A stretch of DNA of 64,000 bases, from positions 2,162,571 to 2,226,570 of the forward strand of contig CP070695.1 in assembly GCA_020353515.1 (NCBI GenBank). Direction: 5' to 3'. Shown piece after piece: positions 1-10,181 of the stretch. Source of the DNA: Candidatus Heimdallarchaeota archaeon. Its GTDB lineage: Archaea > Asgardarchaeota > Heimdallarchaeia > Hodarchaeales > Hodarchaeaceae. The position numbers and the translations under genes were made by a program. The stretch's first letter is position 1. Every line of letters starts with the position of its first letter. Under the pieces are notes generated by a model. It was given only the letters and a program-made list of their open reading frames with translations, was not told the origin of the DNA and made no database searches.

Positions 1-1
1 A

Positions 2-124
2 AAATATTCATATATAATGCCAGATCAGAAAGATCTAACTGCAAATATTGAAGCTGAGGGGTTCCAAGTGTTTGAAGAAAACTATAATTCTCAAAATCTA
101 ATACTTCGATATCAGTTAAAATGA
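2..124 (+). CDS. 3' end of a gene truncated by the window edge (KYSYIMPDQKDL...LILRYQLK*)
   Basis: Frame 2 is open from the window start to TGA at 122-124; function cannot be assigned. Confidence 0.45.
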   Translation, partial: KYSYIMPDQKDLTANIEAEGFQVFEENYNSQNLILRYQLK

Positions 125-158
125 CCTCGATTGATCTGTGTTCCACCTTTAGAAAGCA

Positions 159-1886
159 GTGAGACAAGTGATATTCAAAAAATATCTTCAATTTTTATCA
201 AAACGAGAGCCTTATCAAATTTCACTTATTCTAATAATCAGTTCGTATATTTTTGTTCCTTGTACAATTTCTTTTATAACAGACTCCTCCCTTAATCCAC
301 AGATTTATACCATCTCAAAATTACAACAAACAAAGCCCCGACTAGACATGCATTTGAATAATCATCATAAAAAATCATTTACTCCAATCTCACATGAAGA
401 AAATGGATATTTAAGCACAATTTTGACAAATACTTATTCTCCTGACGAGGTATTTGATGGTTACAATCTAATCATGTTTGAACAAGAGAATAGAAAAAAA
501 AAGGGTGATAAAATAGCTTTCCTTCTCGTAGCTGATATAAATGGAAATGTTATTGCAAGTAAAGAGATTATTAAAGGTAATTATCTTCTTGCGGATTATT
601 CAGCTGAATTAATTAACTCTACAACAATATTGCTGCGAATAGGTTCAGACTTAACTCTCTGGAATTATGTTAAAGATTCAATTCACACTTTATTCACTTT
701 AGGAGAGGGACATCATCATGATTTCGAATACAATCCCTTTACAAATACTATTCTAGCTTTAAAGAAAGTTTATACAACTTTTCCAAATGGAACAAAGTAT
801 CGTTTTGATGAAATAGTTGAATATAATAGAGAAGGAGATTCCGTCTGGTCTTTAGATATACGCACATTCATACCTCCATCGCATTGGTGCCCCTACCGTG
901 ATATGTTAGGCAAAATTGCAGATGTAACTCATGCAAACTCCCTTTTTTGGGATGTAGAAACTGATAGTATATTTTTAAATCTTAGAAATACAAACACATT
1001 CTATAAAATTAACCACAAAACAAAGGAAGTGATTTGGGGAATTGGAGAGTATGGGAATTTTTCTCTTTTTGATATTAATGGAAATAAAAGGTCAAATTTG
1101 TTTTTTCATGCTCATTCAATTGAAAAAATAGCCAGAAATACCTTTATTCTCTTTGATAATGATTTTCACAATCAAACTGATAGAATGAATCAACAATCTC
1201 GGATGGTGGAGATTAAAATCAATAGTGAGACCATGACAGCAAACGAAACTTGGTCTTGGATTGCTCCTGAACAATATTATTGTTCTTATTGGGGGGATGC
1301 TGACAGATTACCAAATGGTAATCGTCTTGGTACGTTTGGAACAAAAAATCACCCAAATACCCATGTTGGCGCCAGAGCCGTTGAGATTAATGAAGAGGGT
1401 GAAATCGTATGGGAACTTTATTTTGAAAATAGTGATGAATTCACCTATGGAATTTATCGCATGGATCGCCTTCTATTTTCTCCAATTTTTGCTGAAGAGG
1501 AGGAAATGATTTTCTCTGAAGAGGAGAATATTACTATACAATTCAAAACTTGGTATAATTTTCGTTCAAAATGGAAAATTAATGGCTTATTTTCAATTTT
1601 TCTTAATGAAAAGGAAATTATTACTGGAATTCACACTTTTAATAAATTCTGGCGTCCTACAAATTTAAAGGTTGAGTTAGGGCCGCTTATAAAAGGTGAT
1701 CACAATCTTACATTACTATTGCAGGACGAGGGTGGACATAACACAATTCTGAGTGTTGATATTCTTGTCGGTGTCCATAACACAAATGATAGAGTGAAGA
1801 CCGATTTCTTTCATTTTTACCTAGGATTATTCTGTATTACCATAATATTCCGAGTTCTTCGAAAAAAGAACGATCATTACCCCTAG
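159..1886 (+). CDS. Arylsulfotransferase (ASST)-family beta-propeller protein, secreted, with C-terminal membrane anchor
   Basis: ASST-type motifs HHHDF, THANSL, FHAHS, LFDND and ADRLPNGN; N-terminal hydrophobic segment; C-terminal TM followed by RKK. Confidence 0.75.
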   Translation: MRQVIFKKYLQFLSKREPYQISLILIISSYIFVPCTISFITDSSLNPQIYTISKLQQTKPRLDMHLNNHHKKSFTPISHEENGYLSTILTNTYSPDEVFDGYNLIMFEQENRKKKGDKIAFLLVADINGNVIASKEIIKGNYLLADYSAELINSTTILLRIGSDLTLWNYVKDSIHTLFTLGEGHHHDFEYNPFTNTILALKKVYTTFPNGTKYRFDEIVEYNREGDSVWSLDIRTFIPPSHWCPYRDMLGKIADVTHANSLFWDVETDSIFLNLRNTNTFYKINHKTKEVIWGIGEYGNFSLFDINGNKRSNLFFHAHSIEKIARNTFILFDNDFHNQTDRMNQQSRMVEIKINSETMTANETWSWIAPEQYYCSYWGDADRLPNGNRLGTFGTKNHPNTHVGARAVEINEEGEIVWELYFENSDEFTYGIYRMDRLLFSPIFAEEEEMIFSEEENITIQFKTWYNFRSKWKINGLFSIFLNEKEIITGIHTFNKFWRPTNLKVELGPLIKGDHNLTLLLQDEGGHNTILSVDILVGVHNTNDRVKTDFFHFYLGLFCITIIFRVLRKKNDHYP

Positions 1887-2330
1887 ACTAGATTGGGTCA
1901 AAAAATAATTTTGCTAATTTAAAAAAGAAAGAATTAAGCTATTGCGCTTCCTGAAGGTTTTCAATCTGTAGCTATTAAAAGCATTCTGATTTCAGTTATA
2001 GAAGAGTCTTATCCTTGAGATCCAAATAAGTCACAATCCTCATTGAAAGGATAATTTTCAATCTCTTTTGGATGAATAACGTACATATTGTTTCGAAAAA
2101 AAAAAGGTGTATACTGATAATGATCAAGCCTTTAACAAGCTTAGGGTGTTTCTTGCGTATCGAGGATAGAAGGGTTTATATATTTGAATACTGATCAATT
2201 ACTTGAAGAAAAAGTGGGATATATTCAAAAACTAAGAATTATATTTGATATCACTTTTACATACGGAGCAGGACTATTAGTTCTATTTGGTATTATTTTT
2301 ATTTTATTCCTGTTATCTTAGAATTATCCT

Positions 2331-4436
2331 TTATTCTTTAGATGTGCTTTCAATCGACTTCAAAAGCATTTCAATAACAAAATGCACTTTTTTACCAGAA
2401 ATCCCAATTTTGGGAAAAATCGATGTACCTTGGTATAACTCTTCAAACCCAATCTCACTTTTTAAGATAGAAAGCAAAGGGAAAACCACACAATCCAAAC
2501 TCTGGTCAAAATTTAGAATAATTAACACGCCCTCGTTTAAATCCCTTATTTCAATGGTGTGGCATTTGGAACAGGTAAGAGATTTTTCCATATCAAATTG
2601 TGTGCCATTTATGATACCACTTGTTTTATGGGGGTACGATGCTCCTACAAGATTAATTTCAGGAGAAAATACAAGCTTTCCAAGTTCTAGAGCTTCTGAA
2701 AAGTTGATGTCATATTCAATGAGAAGTTTCGTGTTTTGTAATCGAAACTGTTTAGAGATTTTTGTATGAATTGACCTATTTTCTAGTGATATTACTCCTC
2801 TACGCATTAGAGTAAGGCTTTGATCTGGGTTTTGAGAGATTTTATAGATTTTGTTAGCAAAATTGCCAAGATCATTATAAGTATCATTTTGGAGAGAATC
2901 CTCTAAAACTTCAGTTAATAAAAAATGATCCTGGAAAGACCATTTTTCAAAGCGATCTTGGACACTTTGCATTTTAGTTGATTGATATGGTTCTTTCTGG
3001 CGAGTTAAAACATTTAGAAAATTGTACCCATGCTTTTTCAGGTTTAAGGCAAAAATTGACCCACCGAAAAGAGAGGAAATATAACATGAGACATATTTAT
3101 TTTCCAAAATTCCATCAAGTTGCCCATCTAATAACACATCTTGAATACTACCCATAAACTGGTCTAGACCTTCTTTACTCCGAAGCCTATCCAATAGATA
3201 CTCAGCTAGGATGATATGCTTGTGTGTGGAATGCCGCAAAAAACGATAGTAAATCCCACCAAATAAACCATGCCAATAAGTATCATTTGACTGAGAAATG
3301 AAAATTTTCTCCCAAATTCTTTTGAACTGATCTGGGGAGAGTTCTGGAAGAGATTTCTCTGTCGATCTTACTTTAGCTCTACAATGTAACATTCTTTTAT
3401 GCATAATATTCGCTTGAGAATATTTAATCAAAAAATTATGCCATATGGATCCTTTAGCAAAGGTTTTAATGTCCTTAGCTAATTTGGGTTCTATTTCGTT
3501 TTCATTTATACTTTTATACAATTTCTCTAAACGTTTTCTAAGAGGCGAGGGTAAAGCCCAGATCGCCATTTTATCATAACTACTAGTAGGGAGATAAATA
3601 AGACCCCTTGGATGATGTTCTTTGAGATAATCGCTAATAAGGATTGGTTTTATCCACGGGTTTGAAATAACTTCTTCAAAAAAACTGTTCATCCAGGGAG
3701 TACCATTGTAACCGTCAACGTAGCATATATCATAAGTTGTTCGATCACCAGCAGGCCAAACTCCCATCTTCTCCATATCAGAGATCATTACTATAATCTT
3801 CTCATGAAATTCGTCACACCCTTTCATTAAATATTGAATTGTTTCTTTAGAATCTCTCCAAGGAACTAGATAACGAATTTTCTCATTAATAGGAAAAATG
3901 GTTATTGGATCTCCTTGATCTTCAGTCATATACGCATAATATGTCTGCTGTTCAGAAAGTCCAGCCATTTGAAACAGGTAATCATCTATGAAAGTGAACT
4001 CAACTCTCATATTTTTCAGAATCGGAGGTAAATTTGGGACCCATACTCTCTCAGCTAACCAAAGACCTTTAGGGGAGATCTTGTAATTTTCCTCCCACCA
4101 ATCAACCATAAGTTGAATTTGTCTTTCCTTATCTCTATCAGGGATGACCGCTAAAATGGGTTCATAAAATCCTCCACCAATAATTTCAATCTGCTTTTGA
4201 TTGTGAAGAGTAACAATCTGTTCTAAATATTCTGGATGATTATCCTGAAGCCACAAAAGAAGAGAACCAGAGATATGTAGACTTGATTTAATTTCTGGGT
4301 ACTTACTAATCGTTTGAAGCAAAGGCAGATAAGCCTTTTGATATGCATTCTCTATTACCCAGGGAAAATTCCCAACGGGTTGATGGGCGTGCCAAACTAT
4401 AGGGAAGTATACTGTCCCTTGTTTAGGAGATAACAA
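2331..4436 (-). CDS. GH57 alpha-amylase / 4-alpha-glucanotransferase
   Basis: WHAHQPVGN, GGGFYEPIL, GLWLAERVW (nucleophile Glu), SDMEKMGVWP (acid/base Asp), QSNDTYWHGLFGGIY; C-terminal beta domain. Confidence 0.92.
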   Translation of the reverse strand: MLSPKQGTVYFPIVWHAHQPVGNFPWVIENAYQKAYLPLLQTISKYPEIKSSLHISGSLLLWLQDNHPEYLEQIVTLHNQKQIEIIGGGFYEPILAVIPDRDKERQIQLMVDWWEENYKISPKGLWLAERVWVPNLPPILKNMRVEFTFIDDYLFQMAGLSEQQTYYAYMTEDQGDPITIFPINEKIRYLVPWRDSKETIQYLMKGCDEFHEKIIVMISDMEKMGVWPAGDRTTYDICYVDGYNGTPWMNSFFEEVISNPWIKPILISDYLKEHHPRGLIYLPTSSYDKMAIWALPSPLRKRLEKLYKSINENEIEPKLAKDIKTFAKGSIWHNFLIKYSQANIMHKRMLHCRAKVRSTEKSLPELSPDQFKRIWEKIFISQSNDTYWHGLFGGIYYRFLRHSTHKHIILAEYLLDRLRSKEGLDQFMGSIQDVLLDGQLDGILENKYVSCYISSLFGGSIFALNLKKHGYNFLNVLTRQKEPYQSTKMQSVQDRFEKWSFQDHFLLTEVLEDSLQNDTYNDLGNFANKIYKISQNPDQSLTLMRRGVISLENRSIHTKISKQFRLQNTKLLIEYDINFSEALELGKLVFSPEINLVGASYPHKTSGIINGTQFDMEKSLTCSKCHTIEIRDLNEGVLIILNFDQSLDCVVFPLLSILKSEIGFEELYQGTSIFPKIGISGKKVHFVIEMLLKSIESTSKE

Positions 4437-4466
4437 AAAGAATCCTTCAGAATTAGATGTGATAGA

Positions 4467-5255
4467 TTAGAGAATAAGATTCCTTAATTCAGCAACTTTG
4501 CCCTCTACTCTTTCAATAGTTGCAGAAGATGGTACATCAGGATTGGAATCCACTAAGAGTAATAATCCTTCTCCAAGAATGTAAACAAAGAGATTAGCAA
4601 TTCCTGATACAGCTAAAAAGAATTTTGGTTTCTCTAAGTGAGCTGCGAATGCTCCACGAATTGCACGAACAGCAGCAGGTAATATTTCGGCATCCATTTC
4701 ATTAACTATCACAGCTCCTGTAAATGACGAGATACAAGCCCCCCTTATAGCATCATCACTAATAACCCAGGCATGAAGACAATCTTCAACTTCCCGTTTT
4801 TGAGGAGACGACATGTACCGAGATTCTCCTGCCATGACGGTCTTGATAAATTCCTCAAATTCTTCTTTTTCAACCACAGATAACCTGACAGTCTTTTTAC
4901 TAAGTTTCTCCTCAAAATTTCCGATAAAAAGGCTCATTAATGTCCTTAATTTGAATTCAATGTCAAGAATTGAGGCCGAAGCTGAAGCAATAAGTGAAAA
5001 CATCCCTTCTGATCTTACAATACCTGCAATACGCATTGATGAAAAATCGATGTGAAAAATATCTCCATGGCTAATTGATTCTTCATCTAATCCTTGGGAA
5101 ATTTCGTATGCTGAGCTTAAGAGTGATTGGATTCTTGGTGGAGGAAAAGCTTTTTTGTCTTTTAAGTTTCGAAAATCTTTGTTTATTAACGGTTTGCCTT
5201 GTGAGCTAAAAACGAAAAATGCCAAAAATGTTTCAAGCTCATCAAACGAGACCAT
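4467..5255 (-). CDS. Longin-like + roadblock/LC7-like two-domain protein
   Basis: N-domain FFVFSSQGKPLINKDF...IQSLLSSAYEIS (longin pattern); C-domain AIRGACISSFTGAVIVNEM (roadblock pattern). ATG at 5255 lies 1 nt after the GTPase stop; the ORF track uses GTG at 5267. Confidence 0.6.
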   Translation of the reverse strand: MVSFDELETFLAFFVFSSQGKPLINKDFRNLKDKKAFPPPRIQSLLSSAYEISQGLDEESISHGDIFHIDFSSMRIAGIVRSEGMFSLIASASASILDIEFKLRTLMSLFIGNFEEKLSKKTVRLSVVEKEEFEEFIKTVMAGESRYMSSPQKREVEDCLHAWVISDDAIRGACISSFTGAVIVNEMDAEILPAAVRAIRGAFAAHLEKPKFFLAVSGIANLFVYILGEGLLLLVDSNPDVPSSATIERVEGKVAELRNLIL

Positions 5256-5256
5256 C

Positions 5257-5790
5257 TTACTTTTCACCTAGGATTAATTGACCCATTTGTAGAAATGCTT
5301 CTTGAACCCGAGACCCAGTCTTAGCTGAAGTTTCAAAGAATTCTTCACCACCAAATCGTTCTAGAATCGCATCCTTATCAGCTGGCAATTTTCCTTCTGC
5401 AATATCTTCTTTATTGCCAAGAATAATAACCTTAGCATTAGGACTTTGCTCTTTGATGTCAGCTCGCCAACGATCCAGTTTTTCATACGTTGGGTCTATT
5501 CGTGTTAGATCAAAAACTAGGAATACACCATGCGCTTTTTTTAAGTATAAATGACGGAAATTAGTGAATCCTGACTGTCCAGCAACATCCCATATTTGGA
5601 AAGTAATATCACGATCATCTATTGATACAGTTTTTGATAGGAAGTCCACGCCCAGAGTGATCTGATATCCCTCCTGAAAGAAATTATCAACATATCGCTT
5701 GATTAAGGATGTTTTCCCGACTTCTGGCTCTCCGACTAGTAATAATTTAAAGGCAAACTTGCCTCCTTTTCCTTTCTTATTTTTAGACAA
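5257..5790 (-). CDS. Rab/Ras-superfamily small GTPase
   Basis: G1 GEPEVGKTS, G2 ITLGVDF, G3 WDVAGQ, G4 NKED, G5 ETSAK; no C-terminal Cys motif. Confidence 0.95.
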   Translation of the reverse strand: MSKNKKGKGGKFAFKLLLVGEPEVGKTSLIKRYVDNFFQEGYQITLGVDFLSKTVSIDDRDITFQIWDVAGQSGFTNFRHLYLKKAHGVFLVFDLTRIDPTYEKLDRWRADIKEQSPNAKVIILGNKEDIAEGKLPADKDAILERFGGEEFFETSAKTGSRVQEAFLQMGQLILGEK

Positions 5791-6019
5791 AGTTCGGCAG
5801 CTCCTATGTATGCACCGTATGTAGGAAGTACTTACTCGAGAAAAAGGCTAATATTATCTTATAAGTATTCCTTATATTAATAATATATTTCCATTATTCT
5901 TAACTTCTACTCCTGATATCCTTAAAAAGTAGTTGAAAGATATCACGTTCCGCACAAAAATATACTGTTGTTGCATTGTTTGTTGTGAAGTAAATCTTAA
6001 TTAGAAATAAGCTGGACGA

Positions 6020-8635
6020 ATGAAGATGGATGAATGGGAAATTAACTTCAACTTGCGTGCTGGTGACCGATCAGAGCATTTTCAATTTAATGTCAATCCT
6101 ATCAAAAATATGACAAAAGAATTTCCTAGTTTCCCTAAAGATAAACTTTTACGAGCTCTAAAATCTCATGGGGAGAGCAAACAATACAATCTACATTCAG
6201 GAATGATATCTGATCTGAGAATTAAACGTACTGCTGAATTGCATGAGAATCAAGAAATTCATATCCTAATGCTCGTGATGGAGAAAATCGGCCCGATTTC
6301 ATTAATTTTTCGCAAAAGTTTTGAGTACTTAGTCCTTGAAGGCATTGATTCCCACTATACTTATATCGGAGTCGACGCGTTACTTAATGTCTTGGTTCAG
6401 GTAATTAAGCCAGACTCTCCAACTGTAAAGGGCCTTGGAAAAATAACAACCGTCTATCATGCCTCAAACGTTGTTGAATTAACCAGAAAGGAAAGTTTTG
6501 TCTCATTTTTAGATAGTACAGAAGGTCAAATACTTGTTTTTGGTTTAAGCATCATTTTACCAACTGTTTTAATTATTATTCTTCCGATACAGTTTTTAGA
6601 TTCAATGCTGGGATACATAATTTGTCTTGGCACCCTAGCTATATTATGGTGCATTTTTCCTGTTGCAAAGAGGTCGACAAGATACGCTCCACTTGCAGTG
6701 GTCTCTGCATTAGTTAGCTACCTGATAATTGAAGCTTTAATTATATTAAAGATAAGGGTTGGTGGTATAAATCCCTGGGGGATTTTCATTAATATTTCTC
6801 GTCAAAACTTGTTAACGGATCTTAAAAACCAAGAAGTTATATCTGAGCTTGGATACGAAGTATTTCTGGGAATTGAACTCCTGGAGATAATCATTCCCTT
6901 TCTTGATAGTATTTTCATACTATTAATTCCTTTTTCCGTTGGGGTGGGTCTTTCAGGACTATTCATGATATCAGAAAGAAAATGGAAGAGTGCAACAGTC
7001 CTTCGAGTATTTTTTGCAGCATTATTCATTATTTCAATAATTTCTATTCCGTTGGGGTATCATGCGCTCGGTAAAGGATCTGAGGGGACTCTGAACGCCA
7101 GTATAGGTTTGATAGAAACTGCAGAAATGTTTAATCTACAATTTATTGAAGATTTAGAGGCTAATTATGCTGAATTACTTGAACTTATTGCTTCAGCTCA
7201 ACAACATTTAGAAAAGTCCAATAATTCGTTTGAACAATTTGGCCAGAATCCATTAATAGCATTTATTTTACCATCTTTAATGCCTGAAGTTGCTGGGATT
7301 CCCCTTGAAGATTTACCTGAAATATTAACATTAACAGGGGTATTAGCTGACACAGTACCATATATCCCAAACATATTGTGGGGATATAACAATCTGCAAT
7401 CAGGATTCAATCAAACATTCAATATTTTGTTACACACTATTGAAAATCTCCCTCAACCAGGAGGTTTTGGATCAACTATTTCCCAAGAATATGATGTCTC
7501 AATGCTATTAGCTCTCAGAATTTTACAACGAGGTACAAATAACCTTTCTTCTGTAGAAAATCAAATTCTACATCTCATTGCTGAAGTTCAAGAAAAATTA
7601 GACTATTCAGTTTTCGCTGATATATTTGATCTGCTAGCAGAACTTGAGATTGGGCTGCCAATACTCATTACTATCGCAAATAATTCAGTTCCATGGATAA
7701 ATAGTACCTACAAGCTCACTCTGGCACTTGATGATCTTTATGACCTTAATTTTGCCTCAAATACTTTGATAGAAGCAGAAAGAGACTTCAACGCTTCTTT
7801 AGACATGCAAACTCTCGATGTTGAGAGTCTACCACAAGAAGCAGTAATTCCCATTCGTGATTTAGTTAATTTCAGTATTAATTTACATTCGGTTACAAAA
7901 TATTTTATGTTTTCTCTGAAGAATGCTTCAACAACATTTCGATCATTAAACAGTACTCTCTACCAAATCCAAGGAATAAACTTCTCAAATTCTTCAAATT
8001 TTTTAGATCCTCGTTGGGATGACGTTAACCAAGGTTTGCGTAATACTACTGATTCCTTAACAAGTACAAAGGCAAGTTTAGACCAAATGAGTACACTCAT
8101 TGAATCCCAGGATTTAGAATTTGAAGAGTTAGCTGAGCTGAATCAGTTACTTGAAAATCTAAGAGATTTTACCCAAACTGCTTCAGAGAGAGTTGATATC
8201 GTCGACCAATATGTTTCTGCTTTGAACGGAACTCTCCAGTCAGTAAGGTACTTTTCTTTGGGTTCTTACAGTTTAAATAAGACCTTGACTGAATTTGTGA
8301 ATGGTACAGGAAGTTTTGAGCCCCAAACAGCGATATTAAACTTCACATTGTCACAAATAGAAGCAAATGATACATACGAGAATTTAACCGAAGTGAGAGG
8401 CGAACTTTTGAATGAAAGCGCAGTTCTCAATTGGCAAGACTTAGTACGTGGAAATATTACTGATAACAACACTAATTCTATTTATATGAATGCAGAACGT
8501 TGTTTGAACTTGATTGATAATATAGAAGATGCAATTGAAGCAGCTCAAGATGTTTCGCCATTTTTAACAACATTTCAACAGATTCTTAATAGAATGGAAG
8601 GGCTAGATGATAATTGGGATGTCTTTGCCTTGTGA
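6020..8635 (+). CDS. Hypothetical ~5-TM membrane protein with large acidic helical C-terminal domain
   Basis: 871-aa ORF; five hydrophobic segments at aa ~170-350; the C-terminal ~520 aa are amphipathic and helical with many N-x-S/T sequons. Confidence 0.7.
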   Translation: MKMDEWEINFNLRAGDRSEHFQFNVNPIKNMTKEFPSFPKDKLLRALKSHGESKQYNLHSGMISDLRIKRTAELHENQEIHILMLVMEKIGPISLIFRKSFEYLVLEGIDSHYTYIGVDALLNVLVQVIKPDSPTVKGLGKITTVYHASNVVELTRKESFVSFLDSTEGQILVFGLSIILPTVLIIILPIQFLDSMLGYIICLGTLAILWCIFPVAKRSTRYAPLAVVSALVSYLIIEALIILKIRVGGINPWGIFINISRQNLLTDLKNQEVISELGYEVFLGIELLEIIIPFLDSIFILLIPFSVGVGLSGLFMISERKWKSATVLRVFFAALFIISIISIPLGYHALGKGSEGTLNASIGLIETAEMFNLQFIEDLEANYAELLELIASAQQHLEKSNNSFEQFGQNPLIAFILPSLMPEVAGIPLEDLPEILTLTGVLADTVPYIPNILWGYNNLQSGFNQTFNILLHTIENLPQPGGFGSTISQEYDVSMLLALRILQRGTNNLSSVENQILHLIAEVQEKLDYSVFADIFDLLAELEIGLPILITIANNSVPWINSTYKLTLALDDLYDLNFASNTLIEAERDFNASLDMQTLDVESLPQEAVIPIRDLVNFSINLHSVTKYFMFSLKNASTTFRSLNSTLYQIQGINFSNSSNFLDPRWDDVNQGLRNTTDSLTSTKASLDQMSTLIESQDLEFEELAELNQLLENLRDFTQTASERVDIVDQYVSALNGTLQSVRYFSLGSYSLNKTLTEFVNGTGSFEPQTAILNFTLSQIEANDTYENLTEVRGELLNESAVLNWQDLVRGNITDNNTNSIYMNAERCLNLIDNIEDAIEAAQDVSPFLTTFQQILNRMEGLDDNWDVFAL

Positions 8636-8644
8636 AGTCTTTTT

Positions 8645-10120
8645 TTATAAAAAGGAAAAAGCCGATTGTTCTTCAAGATATAGTTTAGGATCCATATCCC
8701 ACACAGTTAGGTCGAACTCGCCTCGCATGGCTGCTAAATCCCGAAATACTGCGCCTGCTTGTTTTTCTTTCCAAAATTGATCTCCATATTCATCAATCAT
8801 TTCATTTATCCATTCTTTTACACGAATGCTTGCAAGTAAATAAGCAGGGGTGTAAAGGTCGTAATCAGGCATAATGTGATGTAACAACCAGTAGTCTCCT
8901 GGCATTTCCCAGAAAAACCGTTTTGTTAGTTCTTGAAATCGTGTTGATGCTTGTTCAAGAGTATATTCTCGCTTCCAAAATTCTAACTTCATAAGAGAGT
9001 TTGCTGAGTAAAAAACCAAGAAAAAGAGATTAATAAAATGTCTTCGATCAATAACCTCTTGGGTAACTTCCTCAGACAACCCGAGTTCCTGTTGCAAGAA
9101 TACAGGGTATTGTAATAACATTTCAATGAAAGTAGAGAATGTTTCAGCAACGCTCATTGGAATAATGTACCTCTTCCAATAAGGATCTTCAGAATTTCCA
9201 GATGTTGCATGGATAGCATGGCCAAATTCATGGAAAACACTAGTGAAATCACTAAATGGAGAAACATGCTTATAGACAACACGAACATCATTGGGGATTT
9301 GTACCCCAAAACAAAAAGCTGAAGGAGATTTATTCTCTCGATTTTCATTGTCAACTTCAATTTGAGCTAGGTCATTTTCAAATCCCCAGTTAGAAAGAAA
9401 ACTCTTTGCAGCTAATATAGGATCCTTTTTTTTGAAATAGGTATTCAGTGGCGAATATATTCGTGCCCGAGCTAAATAGAAATCATCGAAATATTCGAAA
9501 GTCTCTTTATCAAGAATTTCCATGGCATAGTGGTTTGCAACTTGTAGGAATGGCTTTCTTGCTCCATCTCCTAACGCTAATATTAGATCGTATAGTTTCT
9601 CATAAGATAAAAATTCCCTTTCCAAGAAAGCTTCGAGAGGGGAGGATCCATATAGGGAATAAACTTGACGAGAGATGTTGAATCGTTTTAATATCAGAGG
9701 GGCTAGATCTGGTATCTTCTTTACAAATTCATCGAATATTAGTTGTCGGTCCTTTGAATTTATAGATTGAGCATTAAACTGTCTCCAAGATCCCCAATTT
9801 ACTGCTTTTTTATGAATTTGAAACTTTTTTGTTGATATTAATGTCATCCGCTGATCATAGATTTCATTAGATAAGGGTAACTTTCTGGCTTCAGCAATTC
9901 GATAAATTGAATTTAAATAGAAGGACCTTGGTTCTTCATATGAATTCAGGAACTCAGAGGAAAGCCCTACTAACGTTTCAGATAAGGATCCCATGAGATT
10001 TCTATCATAGGGAAGACCTGCGGTCTGATTATATCGTTGTTCGAATAATTGAGTAACATATTTTTCGAATTCAGCCCCAAGATCGTCTATACTGCGAACA
10101 GTTGTGCACACTAGAATCAC
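8645..10120 (-). CDS. Gluzincin zinc metallopeptidase (M3/oligoendopeptidase F-like)
   Basis: KSPSAFCF, VFHEFGHAIH (HExxH), downstream Glu ligand in VAETFS. Confidence 0.75.
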   Translation of the reverse strand: MILVCTTVRSIDDLGAEFEKYVTQLFEQRYNQTAGLPYDRNLMGSLSETLVGLSSEFLNSYEEPRSFYLNSIYRIAEARKLPLSNEIYDQRMTLISTKKFQIHKKAVNWGSWRQFNAQSINSKDRQLIFDEFVKKIPDLAPLILKRFNISRQVYSLYGSSPLEAFLEREFLSYEKLYDLILALGDGARKPFLQVANHYAMEILDKETFEYFDDFYLARARIYSPLNTYFKKKDPILAAKSFLSNWGFENDLAQIEVDNENRENKSPSAFCFGVQIPNDVRVVYKHVSPFSDFTSVFHEFGHAIHATSGNSEDPYWKRYIIPMSVAETFSTFIEMLLQYPVFLQQELGLSEEVTQEVIDRRHFINLFFLVFYSANSLMKLEFWKREYTLEQASTRFQELTKRFFWEMPGDYWLLHHIMPDYDLYTPAYLLASIRVKEWINEMIDEYGDQFWKEKQAGAVFRDLAAMRGEFDLTVWDMDPKLYLEEQSAFSFL

Positions 10121-10181
10121 CTTAATACGGAATTAATTAATCAAAAAAGGAAAAGGAGGAGGATTAAGAAATTATTATCTC

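Noticed and set aside
2287-2769. 160-aa plus-strand ORF
   Set aside because: Antisense shadow of the well-supported GH57 gene; no motifs
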